Part shown: positions 1 through 14,150 of the stretch, piece after piece | Position numbering within the stretch: position 1 is the first letter of the stretch | Layout of the letters: every line of letters begins with the position of its first letter | Assembly: GCA_025603075.1 (NCBI GenBank) | Contig: MU626349.1 | Span: 18,984 to 82,983, forward strand | Reading direction: 5' to 3' | From: Neoconidiobolus thromboides FSU 785 | Taxonomy: Eukaryota; Fungi; Entomophthoromycota | DNA: 64,000 nt | Made by a program: the position numbers and the translations under genes | The notes under the pieces: generated by a model | Databases searched by the model: none | What the model was told of the DNA's origin: nothing | What the model saw: only the letters and a program-made list of their open reading frames with translations

Positions 1-658
1 AAGTAATAAATTAACTAATATATCAAATATATTATTACTAATTTAACTTAATAGCCAACAAACCAACAAATAGACCATTAGAAGCAAGAAAAGCTTTAAC
101 CAGTGCATTTAAAACCGATAAATCAGGAAGACTTGTTATTGCTGACGAAGGAGATAGTGAGAATGAAGGAGAAAATAAAGCTGATCCCAAAGATAATCCA
201 AACAGTATAAGAGTAAATAATGATTATTATAAAGAATCATTAGAATCCAAAGAAGGATTTGAGCGTGTAAATAACCGTATTAAATTTAAAAAACAACGTG
301 GTAGAGGACAAGAAGAAATAGAAATAGAAGAAGGCGGTGCACAAGATAATAGAAAGAAAAATTATGACAATAATAATAGCAATAGAAATAAAAAGATGGC
401 AGGTACAGAATATAAAGCTAAGGTAAGACTTTAATAATTTATTTTATATGAATAATTGATATAATTTTTTATTAGCATGCTCAAGGTGATGTTAAAAAGA
501 AAGGGAAGTTGGATCCTTTCGCTTATATTCCATTAAACCCCAAAATGGTACCTAGCAAGTAAGTTTTTTGTTACAATTTATTGGATTATTATTAACATTT
601 TTTTCTTTCTTAAAGAGGTAAAAAGGCAGAAAAGGTCAAAATCTTAAAGAGAGATTAA
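1..658 (+). CDS. RRP12: 3' end of RRP12-like ribosome biogenesis protein (partial, introns 423-475 and 559-615)
   Basis: Spliced translation ...KSGRLVIADEGD...AGTEYKAK|HAQGDVKKKGKLDPFAYIPLNPK...KILKRD*; GDVKKKGKLDP(F/Y)AYIPL is the conserved Rrp12 C-terminal motif. Confidence 0.8.
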
Positions 659-911
659 TTGAATATTTTAATTTAAAGCTAACTATTTCATTATCCTTAT
701 TGAGTTGGGATCTATTTGGTTTTCTAGTATCTCAAAGTCAACGATGAGTCTCACTCTCTTTTCTTAAAACTTATAGACTTATATTTTATTCAATAAAATA
801 AAATATTATTGTTAGTTGGCTTTTTAAAACAAAAATTATTATAATTACTATTCTCAAAACTCAAATAAGCAAAGCACAATTTTATTTAAATTAAAAAACC
901 CACTATATCAT

Positions 912-2643
912 TTACCCTTTTTTCATCCCCCGTTTTTTCATATAGGACTCCAACCTTTGAAATTCTTTATCGAGTTTCCCCTCTTTATCATCAACCTTAC
1001 CGCCCTTCCCTTTTTTACCTTTACGATCTTTGCTTTTAACCCCAAAAGTATAAGCAGCTTTTGGCATAAACACTTGCTTTTCTTTATATTTTTGAAACTC
1101 TTCTTCATTTTCAAATTCATTTCGGCCCATTTGTCGTTTTTTATTTTTATTTGTACCTTGATCCATCATCAGTTCATCTTCTTCTTCATTGATATCTGAA
1201 CCACTATCATCCCCACCATAATTGATTTCAAGTTCTGTACTATGCTTAGAGGCTAATAAGGGACCTAATCGTTTGTTTTTACTTGATTCAAATAATCTTC
1301 TTAATTCAATATGCTCTTCTTCTTTTTCAGAATCTGAATTTGATAAATCATTTATAATATCATTATCTTCTTTTTCGATTTTATTTTTTTGAGTTTCAAG
1401 CAATTCTTTATCATTTTCACTGGACACTTTATCCACTTCATTTTCCCCATCTGATGGTATACCTTCCAGATTAACTCCTCTATTTTTCGCGACTTCATCC
1501 AAATCCAATGAATATTCACTTTCAACATCACTAAATATATTATCATCACTATCTGCTTTCACTAAAAATCCAGTATTTTCTTTTTTTTCTTCCTTTTTCC
1601 CTTTAACTTGTTCAACCACTTTCTCCGGTTTCTTTTCTGTCCCTAATCTTTTCTTTTGAAATATAGAAACCACTTTTTGTACTGTCAACTTTGATAACTT
1701 ACTCTCCGCTTCCATTTCATTAAATCTCTCTATCTCAATAGCACTTCTAATAACCATTGTAGGTACAAAAAAAGGGTTTGTATACTCTGATTTATCCCCC
1801 ATCAACTCAAAATTATATGCCATTTTACCAGGTAAAAACAGTAAATTTTTATTATTAGATATATCTTCTCTTTTCTTTAATCCCTCTTTAACAATTCTCT
1901 CCCCCAACCCAGTTAAAAACGTAGCAGGCTCAGATTCTATAATATTATCCCTAATTTCCCCACCTTCCTGTTTCTTTTGGTATATTTCTTCCAACTCATC
2001 ATCCGAGTTCAACCCTTCTTCTTCTTCCTCACTCCCTTCTCTATTCTGATTCGCCCTCACCTTAGCCAATAAAGCATAATCTAATCCTTTTACTAAATGA
2101 GTATGCTCAACGTCACCACCAAGATACTTTGATTGTTGATAAGCGAGTTCTTTATCTATTTCAGTAGAGGTATAATTTAAATTAGTTAAGATTTGTTCGC
2201 TATTAACATAGTCCGGGTTCTCGCCCCGTCTTCTTTCGGCTGCTCGGTCTCGATATTGACTTGTTTCGCTATAGATTTGATATTTAAAATCATAGATAAA
2301 ATTCAAAATGAGATTAGTAAGTTACCTTTCTTTTTTACTCTTTTTTTGTGGATGAACCAAGTTGGAGTTTTCATGTCTATTGTAACTATCAAATTATTAA
2401 TATATGTTTTTATGCATGTTTAATATTCTTTTTTTACTTTTTTCTCTCATTTGTTTTCTTTTCTTTATAATTTGGTAGATAAGGATTTGGTGTTTTTCCA
2501 TCTCCATACTTAGAACCTCGACTATTTCTATCTAACTTTCCAACACCTAACGTTCTTGCTCCATCCTTTTTACTTTCGGTGTTTATTAAATTTCGAAAAT
2601 CATCTTGAGTTAATCCTTTTTTAGAGTCATCTTTGTTTTCCAT
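912..2643 (-). CDS. RED/IK-like splicing factor (RED_N domain), 3 exons
   Basis: LTQDDFRNL at the N-terminus, then YRDRAAERRRGENPDY and SKYLGGDVEHTHLVKGLDYALL; GT-AG introns at about 2386-2437 and 2269-2325. Confidence 0.88.
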
Positions 2644-3210
2644 GTTGGTGTAAAAGTTACAGTTGCTACATTAGAGTGGATTTTGATAAAGATAGCCTAA
2701 GCAGGGGTTGTTTGGGCTTATGATTGGCTAAGATTAAGCTTAAGATTCTGGTCTGTAACAAAATAATTTTTAAAATAAGCCATGAAATTAAAATGGTTTG
2801 AAAATGCTTATTATATTATTTTTAGTGAATTTATACTTGTTTAATAATAACCACAACCTTATTTATTATAGTTTTATATTGTACACAAATATTGGTTTAG
2901 TTATTCATATTTTAAAGTCTATGACTAAATCTGCCAATGTTCATGTATATTAAATTAACAATTAATATAAATATATACTTATAAAATAAAATAGAAAATA
3001 AAATTTATTTTATTTGAAAAATCAATTCAGCCTTACAAACCTTTATAAGATTAAAACTCATTAGATAAAATATACACCATTGAATTTGGGATTAAATTGA
3101 ATTTTTAGTTAAAGTACAATTATACATAGTATATAATTATATGGAAAAATACTGACTTAAAGTTAAACCCTGTTTAAAATAAATAAACAATAAACTTAAA
3201 ATTTACCCAC

Positions 3211-4418
3211 TTAAAAATCTTTAAAAAGATCATTATAAGGGTCCGGGTCATGCCAATTTCCATATATCTCATTTGTTTCCGGATAAATATCGTAGTTACT
3301 CATATCTCCATCCCCATTGACCATAGGTATAATTGGTGGTAATACTTGTCTTTTTTGTAACCTTTGCCAATCCGTATCATGGAACCAGCGATGTCTCTTG
3401 ATGTCTGCTGATCCCCCCTTTAAATTACCATAGCGTCTACTTAAATCCGCTACCAACAATCGTTTAACCAAATCTTTGGCCAATGGATCAAAAAAGGGTG
3501 GAAACTTCACTACCCCTGCCAATATTTTTTCATACAGTCTCATCTGATCGTCATCATAAAATGGTGGACATCCGAGCATCATTTCATAAATTAAAATACC
3601 TAAAGAATACCAATCTACGGCTTTTCCATACCCTTTACTTTGAATCACTTCAGGTGCTAAATAATCAGGTGTACCACACAATGTCCATGTAACATCTGGT
3701 ACATGTTTAGCAAATCCAAAATCTGTCAACTTAATATGTCCCCTAGAATCCAGCAACACATTTTCTGGTTTTAAATCACGATAAATAATATCTTTAGAAT
3801 GCAAATATTCAAATGCTAGCACCACTTCAGCCGCATAAAATCTAGCCACATGGGCTGGAAATCTCTATTAAAAAAAGTTATTTAGATGCTTTTCATATTA
3901 CATAAGAATATACTCACCTGAAACTTTCTGAGATAAGAAAATAATTCTCCGCCCGCAATAAACTCCATAAACACATATAAGTTAACCGAGTCTGCAATCG
4001 AACCTAACATACCAACTAAAAATGGATGCTCACAATTCTTTAATACTTCTTTTTCATTGTGTACATGCTCCACTTGTTTTAAACGTACAATTTCTGACTT
4101 CTTCAATACTTTCATCGCATAAAAATTGGTATCTACCTTTCTCTTTACCAAATGAACTCGACCAAATGAGCCCGTGCCCAAAGTTCTTAATATTTCAAAA
4201 TCACCTAACTTGATCTCTTCTTTTTTTGATTCATTCTCTTCTTCATAAATCGTAGTATCTACTTTATGACCAGATTGCTGGCTCAAGTTTACGGACTCTG
4301 GGTAATCGTTTAGGATAAAAGGTAGTGTATTAGAAGCAGCACGCGAAGGGCTTAACTTTAAATCGTTATTGCCTATTGATTTGGACCCCTTTTCAGTATT
4401 GGAAAACATCGAAGTCAT
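3211..4418 (-). CDS. PKA1: cAMP-dependent protein kinase catalytic subunit (PKA/Tpk), one intron 3865-3917
   Basis: [43 protein letters not shown]-tail ending FKDF. Confidence 0.93.
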
Positions 4419-5507
4419 AAATAGAATTGTAAATTAATACTAATATTGCTAGCGAGAAGATGGTATATAGAATAGATAAAATATTATAAAATAGTGGAAG
4501 TTTAATAAGCTAATTTCTGTTTAAAAAGAAACGACAAGTTTAAATGAACGTTAAAATTTTGTAGTTAATCGATTTCCCCAATCAATTGCTGGTGCGTCTG
4601 TAAAAAGTAAAAGTTAAACCCTTTTTTAGTTGCTGAAAAGATGCTACGTAATTGGAATAACTAAACTTTTAAGACTGTCCACCCCCCCTTTTTTAATCAT
4701 TTTATTTTTTATTCGCTTAAAATTTGAAATAATAAAACTTGATTGGTTCTTTCAATAAATTTGAATCCTTTTTTTGAAATTTTACTCATTTTGAACTGAC
4801 GATTGGCTCATTCATTAAGTTGAATTTCATTTTAATTCGAATTGGTTTTAAAATTATGCTTTTGGATAACTTAAATTGCAGTTTAGTTTGTTAGTAGTGA
4901 GTACAATTTTTCGTTGCTGAACAATCTTTGCAATTTCTTTATAATTTTGGGAAGTTTTCAGGCTGAAAGTTGACTTTATTCAACTTTTATGAGTAAAATG
5001 GAAATATTGATTTTTAAAGATCATAGTGGTAAATTTTAATATTTTATCAAACAAAATATGATCATATCTTGGATAAGGTATTATGTTGTATGCCAAGTTA
5101 TTCAATCATAAAAACAGATTATCTGCTTTTAGAATTAAATTATAATATTGTTCTTAAGAATTATTATTTTATTAAAAATCAATAAAAAAATGCTTATCAT
5201 TTTACTATTTTAAAATTTTAATTAGTGATTTTACTTAATAAAGTAGAATCAAATTGTTTGTTTTACAATTTAAAAAATTACGGTGTTGAGTTCTTGTAAC
5301 AGATGTATTGAAATTAAGGTCTTAATAAAATACAAAATAAAAACTAATTGATTTATAAATCAAATCAAAATAAATCAAAACTGAGTTATTAAATAGGATT
5401 CAAAGAACAATTACATACTTAAATACTTTTATTATAGCAGGTTATCTTTTTTAACTATTTAGTTTTAGTTTCTGCTTTTTCACTTAATTAATTCTTATTA
5501 TACTCAC

Positions 5508-7043
5508 TTAAGCTTTATTCTTATTGTTCTTAAAGAATGTTTCAAACATATCTGGTAACTTTTTTTCATACCAAATCCTAGGTAAAGTAATGAGCTTACC
5601 ATTCTTATTAACAGATATAAGAGTATTAACCCGATACGACGTCTCGTTTGTATCATCTTTTACGGCTATTTCAATTCAATTAATACTATATATACTAACA
5701 ACCAACAACTTACTAATTAAATGAACTTTTTTTTCAATTATTTCTCCGACTGGTCCCCAAATATCGTAGAACCTACACGAACCACAATGAGTATAATTTT
5801 CATTCCAATGATACTTCTGTAGCTTAGTTTTAGTACATTTCTTATGGCATACCAGAGTACACGATCTGCACATGACCAAAGTGGTCTGGTATTTTTGTTG
5901 ACATAAAAAGCATATACTAAAACTCTAATGAGAAGTAGTGAGTTTATTAATATAGCAATAAATTGGTTTTACTTTAAATATCTTTTCTCTGTCTTCATCT
6001 AACATAGGTTGAAATGTATAAGAAGTATAATCATTTTTTTCATATTTTTTGATACTCTCTTCTATCTCTTTTGGATTTATTCTCTTTTTAACATACTCTT
6101 CAGATCTATCTATAATTGGGTCCGATAACATAACTTCGACTTCCTCCTCTACTTCCTCTTCCCTTCCGCTTTTTGTTTTATCTCTATTATTATAACATAT
6201 GAAATGCTCAAATGCGTTACATATTTTATGGCTATCACCTATTTGCCTTATATTTATCTATGTCGTTTTATTATTATTTGATTATTACACTATACAATTT
6301 CGATTTACCATCCTTTCATTTTTCTTTTCATCAATAACTTTATAAAAAATTTTGCCATTCTTTCTTATTTTTCCTTTGTAAGCAATAATTTTATCATTAA
6401 AACCTCTATAAATTGATCATAAGTAATGATAATAATAGCTTTTATTTTACCTTGAATGCTTTGATGAATAAATTACAACTTTTGGTTGATAGATACATAT
6501 TCTTTCTTTTTTAATTTCATATAGCATAGTTGAATCCTCATTATTAGCTGCTACTAAATCCGCCTCTATACCTTCATCAATATCCAAGTCATTTTTATTT
6601 GTATTATTGTTGCCTTCAGTATCGACATAGTCCCCCTCTTTATTTTTATCTGCGCCTTTATCTTTAGTAATTTGGACTTTATCGCTATCAATTTTCTCCT
6701 CTTTTTCTTTATCCAACTCAAAATAAATACTGTGCACATTTTGGGTCAATGTTTTCAAATGACTTTTTTGAACAAAAGGAGGCATCGCCAAATGAAACTC
6801 AAACTCCTTTAAAATTTTTTTTTGCTTTTCGCCGCTACTGTGTTCACACTGCTGAATCATCCTAGTACATTCGGCTTTATGTTTTTTACTCAAATTCTCT
6901 TGTAGTTTCTTGAACAAATTTACTGCCTTTAGCTTTTCATTTCCTTCGAGAAATTCATCTTTGTAATATTTGTTGGCTTCATCTTCCTTTTGTTCTACTT
7001 TAACTGATGCTTCTTCTCTTTCTTTTTCAATGTTGACTTCCAT
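5508..7043 (-). CDS. PHD-finger protein with flanking chromodomain-like segments, 5 exons
   Basis: Introns 6406-6450, 6258-6308, 5925-5972 and about 5667-5714 join in frame; CFLC-x10-CRSC-x4-H-x2-C-x16-CGSC is a complete C4HC3 signature; the chromo-like calls are by eye only. Confidence 0.6.
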
Positions 7044-8295
7044 TTTTGATATAAAAATTGCTATTCATAAAAATAAAAGCATCAACTTTATTTTCTCTAG
7101 CTGAACTAATAAAAAGTGAATAAGAAAATCAAATAAATAATCAAAATGTTTTTTTCGCCCATGAACTTCAACTAAAATCTATGATAAAATAATCCTTAGA
7201 GATTTTTAGCATATCATGTGGTTAATATGATCAATAATATTCAGCGCTATTCATATGATTTGCAGTTGTCTGACTTCATCTAAACCACAGGGCCATTTCT
7301 TCCAGTGCCTAGTATGCTTACTTCCCCTTGAGTAGAGGATCAAATCTGAATTTTCAAAAACTACAGTGCTTAACACTAGCACTCTAAATAAGGTCTACTT
7401 TGATTTGAACTTTGTTGTAATTTTTTTAAAGTATTGGATACTTAAAGTCATTTTTTGATATGAAAATCACCTTTGTAAAAGATATTACTTTACTCTGCAG
7501 AATCATTGGAGCTTATGAAACAGAGTGACAGAAAGTCAGCAAAGTTAATTTAAATTGGTTGAATTATATTATCTTTATGTTTCAATTGTCCTGAAGGACC
7601 CCAGCTTTATCTAAGTAAACTTTTGTTTTTAGTAATCAAGTTAGGTGCCACTAGTACTTAGCAAAAAAAAGTTTAATAGATCAAAGTTTATCTCTTTAGA
7701 TCTGGAAAAAGATTCACTGAATTTGCTAAGGCCCCTTAATGGCTTTAATATATATTTCAAGACTACTCATGGAAAAATAATTTTGATTCATTGCAATTTT
7801 AATGGCATGACACTATACGATATCCCAGCTATCATAACTAATGCTGTTTCTGCTCCACTTTTAAATTATGGATTTCCAGAGATATCTTAAATATTAATGT
7901 TAATGTTTTGTTATGCAAACTGGATTTAGATTTTGACAAGGTAGTAATCTCTTTCTCTCAAACCCGCTATTGTTTATTACTTTATCGTGAGTTTGGAAAA
8001 TCAACTTTATTATGAATGATATGGGTTAATAAATAATAGATAAAACTGAAATAAAATGCAGCAGCTTAATAGATATGATAACCAAATCTAGATTTTCATT
8101 TGAAGGAGTGTCTTCTACCATAATATTAAGTTGTCGGCTTTAATAGTTTTAACTACTGCACTGAAATAAGATACTAAACAACAAAGTAATTTATTTATAC
8201 TTTAGCATCATTTTTCAAGTATTAGATAACACTAAAGGGATCAACAGTACACTCATTAGTATCAATATTTTTTAATCAAATTTACTATATTTAAC

Positions 8296-8400
8296 ATATG
8301 GGGATGCTTTTTTTGATTTCATTACTTTTCCATTTTTAAGCGCTATTTGAGTGAAAAGATTGTTAGTAAAATTCTTAAATAAAAAAATACATCCCCATAT
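8296..8400 (+). mobile_element. MITE copy 1 (reference orientation), flanks ATAT/ATAT included
   Basis: ATAT-GGGGATGCTTTTTTTG...AAAAAAATACATCCCC-ATAT; same internal sequence as 12 other copies. Confidence 0.85.
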
Positions 8401-9880
8401 ATTAATTTTATTTTAAAAAACAGTTTTTTTTACACTCTTGAAAGGCTAGGGCCCTAACTGTTTTATTAACTAAAACAAAACATGAATACCCAAATCAGTA
8501 AGCTTGAGGGATTAAGCTATGAAGGGGAACCACCTAGTAAGATAGGAAGCGATTCCAATACTCACCCACTTTTGGAATAGTCAGGAAGATGAAACAAGAT
8601 CTATTTCATTTTCAGCCTCCAGATGGAGTCCCACATAGTGGTGAGAGAGAAGGGATTAAAAGGAATATTGTTCTCACTGGATAGATTAAATTGTAAAACC
8701 ATGTAGCTTTTATGTATAATCTATAGGCTGTTCGAGAGGACTAGCACCTTGGGTATAGTGTTAGTGGAGGATAATATATGTAGCACGCCCAAGAAACCGT
8801 CATAAGGTAAGGTAGGCAATGGGGAAAGATTGAGAGATGAAGATAATTAAAATTAAACTTGATTTTTGTCTTTATCCCAGAATTTTAAAATTAGCCAATT
8901 AGATAATAGCAAGAAATTAATGTTAATTGTGAATAAGAACATATATATTTATAAAAAAGCTGTAATCTTTTTTAAAAAAAGTCCCAAAAGGATATTGTTA
9001 TTTGTCAAGATTGAAATGTATTTGTAAGAGAGTTCGTTGTTTTTTCAAAGCAACTGGAAGGCTTTTTACTCTATGAAAATCAATTTATCGAATATCTCAA
9101 TCATACTTTTTACCCAGACATTTATTCATTATAACTAATAAACTTACAAATAAAATTCCATAACCTGAACAAACTACATAAAATGAAGTTCTAAGTGCTT
9201 TTATAAAAATGCTATTAAATAGGCTTCTATAAAGCAATTACATAAAAAATAACCTATATGATTGAATCTTTTATTCAAGTATTAGGTAATCTTGTTAATA
9301 TTCAACGTAATTAGTTTTTAGTATCCAATTTATACAAGTTATAAAATATTAGTTTTTTTGTTACAATTTCTAGATATAGATAATCTACTATTTTTAGTCT
9401 AGAAATGTTATTTTACCATTTCACAACCTTTGCACATAATTTTCAAATACTGGTAATAAATTCGATTTACTAACAGTTGATACTTTAGAGTTCTAATTTA
9501 ACATAACAATTTAATGTAATAACTTAAATAATCAATTAAACTTCAAGAAGTCGTCATTTAAACTATTATTAATATTAGAAATCTTTACTTAAAAAGCCTT
9601 AATAGGGAAAATTTTAAATTCCAAAAACCCCCAATAAAAACTAATTCTAAAAAGGATTGGATAAATAAAATCGAAACAAGAATTAAAAATTTAGTGTTCC
9701 ATTAATTTTTTTAAATAGATTAAAGTTGATAGATAATAGCTTTAATTTATAGATAAAATATACTATTTACTATATTTTAAATTTTGGTTTTAGTACTTTA
9801 TTTTTAAATAATTAGTGTAAGAAGCTTAGTTAATATTTTAGCTAATTTACTAATTTATTTCTAGATATTCAACATACAAG

Positions 9881-12800
9881 ATGCAAAATATACTTGAAGT
9901 ATTTAGTAAAACGCTTCAAGCGGACCCCAATATTCGTAAGGAGGGAGAACAAACTCTTAAAAGTGTAAAGTTTAATTACCGTTTTTATTATTATTTCTTA
10001 TCTAAGTTTCTATAGTATGAAGGCCAAGCTAACTTATTATCTCATATATTGGAACTAATTAGCTCAAAGGAAACTCCAGATGAAATCAAACTTTCAGGTA
10101 AATTAAAAAAACAAGTTTATTATATTTTGCCTTATTTTATTATTATTCAGCTTCTGTCTACATAAAAAACAGAATAAAAAAGGCTTGGGCTAACTACCCC
10201 AGCCTACCTGCTGATACTGTTCTAATAGATAACCAAGATAAACTATTTATAAAGGCCAATATTTTGAAGGCTTTACCTACTTTAAAGGAGAACATCAGGT
10301 AATAAAGAAAAGATGAAAAAGAACTTGTTTTAATAATTTTGCTATAGAGAAATTCTTTCTGAGGCCATCTGTTTTATACTTGATGATGAATTTCCAGACA
10401 AATGGACAGAATTTATACCAACAGTTAGCGAATTAATTAATTCCGAAGACTATAACCTTATCCATTGTGGTCTTCTTTCACTTCGCCAATTGTTTAAAGT
10501 TGCTGGGTAAGTTTAGCATTTTTATTCTTTTGTCTTATTTAACCTCCTTCTTAGTTATAGAACTTCAAAAGGAGGTGCTGAACTTATCGCAATACTTGCT
10601 GATACTACTTTCCCTCAAATATTATCCATCTGTAATACATTGGTAGCTGATAATACAAATGAAGCTGCTTTACTCATTCGTCTTTCATTGAAGATATATA
10701 GAGATGGAACGAAAGTAATCATATTTAAAAAATAGTAATTCAATATTTAAGTTAAACCCATAGGTCATTCTTACTAAATCTCAACAAGAGCCAAATACAT
10801 TGATTGCATGGGGGAATTTGTTTATTAGAATAATTGAAAAAGAGCTTCCTCCTCAGTTGTTACCAAATGATTTAGAAGAAAGAGAAGATGCACCTTGGGT
10901 GTTAGCTCAAAAATGGGCTGCTGTATGTTTAAACTTATTATTCAATAGGTAAATTAACATATAATATCAACAACTATCGCTTATTAATTGATTTATTGTA
11001 GATACGGTAATCCATCTGGTATGAGTACAAAAAGCAAATATTATAAATTTGCAAAACAATTTGTTTCACATTTTGCACCTAACATTTGCAATGTCTATCT
11101 TAAACAACTTTACAATTATTTGGATAACAAGGCCTGGGTTAGCAAAAAGGTGCTCATTAAGTTGATCGATTATTTTGGTGTTTGTTTCACTCACCGAGTT
11201 ACTTGGGATGTTATTAAACCGCATACCGAAAGGCTTATTAAAGATCTTATCTATCCAAATCTTGGCTATACTGCTACTGATGAAGCAAGCTGGGAAGATA
11301 ATCCTTCGCAATTTATTAATCAACGCATTGAAATCCAAAAGGAAAAGAATTCACTTACAGATGCTTGTTTATATTTATTAGAAGAAATGGTAGAATCTAA
11401 AAAGAAGTATACGCTTAATGGGTTATTGGATTTTGTTATTGGGGTATTAAGTAAGAATAAAGACATCCCATCCAATCCACAAACAGATCATGAAAAAGAT
11501 GCAGCATTGGCTATCTTAGAATGTATTGATCATTGGTTAATTGAATCCAATTCCAAAATTCGTCTTCAAACTGAACAGTGTTTAGTTCAACTTGTCCTTC
11601 CAGAGTTGAAAAATCCAAATCAATTTGTTAGATATCGTGCCTGCTCAATAGTTCACCGTTTATCAGAGCTTCAGTTCTCAAATGAGTCCACAGCTACATT
11701 GTGTTACGAAAATGTATTGCCTTTATTAAGTGAATCCCAAATACAAAATCGTGTTATCGCTGCACTCACAATCGGACAGTTATTACAATATGAAACTGTA
11801 ATTAGTGTAGTAGAAAACCAAGTACCTCAAATCATGGAACAACTTTTATTTTTAACAAGTCAAGTAGATGTTGAGCCTTTATCTTTAGTTATTGAGGTTC
11901 TAGTTGAAGCTTTCAATGAAAAATTGGTACCTTACACCAGCTCTTTATGTGAATCGTTGGTTATGACCCTTAAACGTTTATTTAATGAAATCGCTTCGCT
12001 AGGTGACGAGACTGAACAAGCCTATACCGAAAAAAATGATAAGATCTATTCAGCATCAGGTATCATTCGTACTATCGTGTCTTTATTATATGGCTTGGAA
12101 GGAAAGAAAGATATTTTATTCCCAATTGAACCTATGCTTGTACATGTAGTTCACCACATCTTTACGAATAATGTGGATTTATTATTTGAAGAAGCATTTG
12201 AGTTAGCTGATGGATTAATTTATTCTCTTCAAACGGTTACACCTGGACTCTGGGAAATATTTGATATTGTCCATAGTTTGATCACCAACAATGTTTTGGA
12301 TTATTTTTCACATGCACATCAATACCTCGATAGTATAATCATCAAGGGAAATATAGAAATAGCTCAAAACCGTGTTCTACTTGAAAAAGTATATTTAACT
12401 ATTTCGCATATTTGCAATGATAATGATACTTCAGAATACGACAAACTTAAAGCTACCCGACTTTTGATTTTAATGATACTTAATTTACAACAATGTTCAC
12501 AACTTTTATTTGAACCAGTGCTTAAATATGCTTTCCAACGTTTGGTCAATCATGGCGATATTGGGTTAAAAAGATTAACTTCAACTTTAGTATTACTTGT
12601 TGTGTCCTGCTTAGCTATTGACTTTTCAAGTGCTTTACACATCATTGAAGAGAATGGGTGGACATCTGGATTCTTTACTATTTGGTTCCAACAATTTGAA
12701 GAGTTAAGCATGTAAGTAAATCAAATCTAGGAATGATAAGATAAACTAACAATGAATTTAGAGTGCATGATAAAAAACTATGTATTGTTGCTTTATGTAA

Positions 12801-13460
12801 TGTAATTAAGTTCCCATACAACCAATTACCAGAAACTCTTAAAGGGGGCTGGGCTCATATATTAAATGGTGTTTCATCAAATTTCAAAGGACTTCCAGAT
12901 GCTGAAAAGAGTAAATTTTACTTCTTGTTTTTAATCGTTCATTTTTTATCTTATTTTAGGACGCCAAGAAGCTCTCAATGAAATTAGCAATAACTACGAT
13001 AACACTGACCCAGATAATATAAGTGCTACAGCAGATGGTGGAACTGTAGAAGAAGGTAATTTTAATTGACTTTATTTTAATTATTATTCATTTTTTGTTA
13101 GATGATGACGATAATGATTCGGATGATTTGAGCATTGAAGATAGAAACCATATTCAGCAAATGATTGACGAAGCACAAGGGGAAGATAATGAAGATGGGG
13201 AAACCGACGATTCAGATGATGACTCATATATGTATGAAGATATCATAGATGCAGAACCATCTAAATCACCAATTGAAGAGTTAGATGCTTATATTTATTT
13301 CCAGGATTCATTAAATGAAGTGGAAGCTAGAGATCCATCCGCCTTCCAAGCATTAATTTCAGGGGTTGACCCAGAATCTAAGTTAATCTTAGACGACGTT
13401 ATAATTAAAGCTAGAGAAAGGCGTAATGTTGTTGCTGAAGAAGTAGCCGCACCACAATAG
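9881..13460 (+). CDS. NMD5: Importin-7/8 family karyopherin (Nmd5/Sxm1-like), multi-exon
   Basis: N-terminal IBN_N-like MQNILEVFSKTLQADPNIRKEGEQTL...ASVYIKNRIKKAW; FPDKW; HEAT-like body; MHDKKLCIVAL and acidic tail with SPIEELDAYIYF. Confidence 0.85.
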
Positions 13461-14014
13461 ATAAATAATTTGATTTACATTTTTACTAAAAGATATATGT
13501 TAATAAAATTTATATTGCTGGATTTATAATCCATGAAAAACAGTTATTTTATATTTTTTGAATATATCGTACGAAATATTCGGAAAAAAAAATTCAATTT
13601 CAGAAAGGTGCTCACTTAATATACGATCATTTATAGAAGAGCTAATAATAATTTAAAAGTACACATGGTTTGATTTTGTATGAACAAGTCTAAAAGCCTG
13701 GTTTGACTTTATGAATAAATTTTATATGACTTCGGTTTAGAACTATAGCTTTTCAATAACAGATTTAGGGAAATAGTGCTATATTTAATGATTTGCATTT
13801 TAAAACGAACCTATTTATTTGTATCTACTTGTTTTTATACATCAAATGTCTTATCATTTTTTATTATCTAGATGTTTCATTAATGCATACAAAAAGAATA
13901 TTAAAAATTAAGATTATTTAAATACAAAGCCAACCAATCGGTGTGAGTATAATGGTATTCACACATTAGAGGGACACAAATATTAAATAAAACGCTTACA
14001 ATCATAAAATATAC

Positions 14015-14120
14015 ATATGAGGATGTTTTTTTGGCTTCATTATTTTTTCCATTTTTTAAGCATTATTTGAGTAGAAAAATTGTGAGTAAAATTCTTAAAT
14101 ACAAAAATACATCCCCATAC
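14015..14120 (+). mobile_element. MITE copy 2, left arm of an inverted pair; flanks ATAT/ATAC
   Basis: GAGGATGTTTTTTTGG...AAAAATACATCCCC. Confidence 0.85.
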
Positions 14121-14150
14121 GTTTTTAAATATTTGCTATCATACATTAAG

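Noticed and set aside
7645-7890. 81-codon ORF in the 7.1-8.3 kb intergenic region
   Set aside because: Non-ATG start and no recognisable motif; it could be a relic but cannot be supported.
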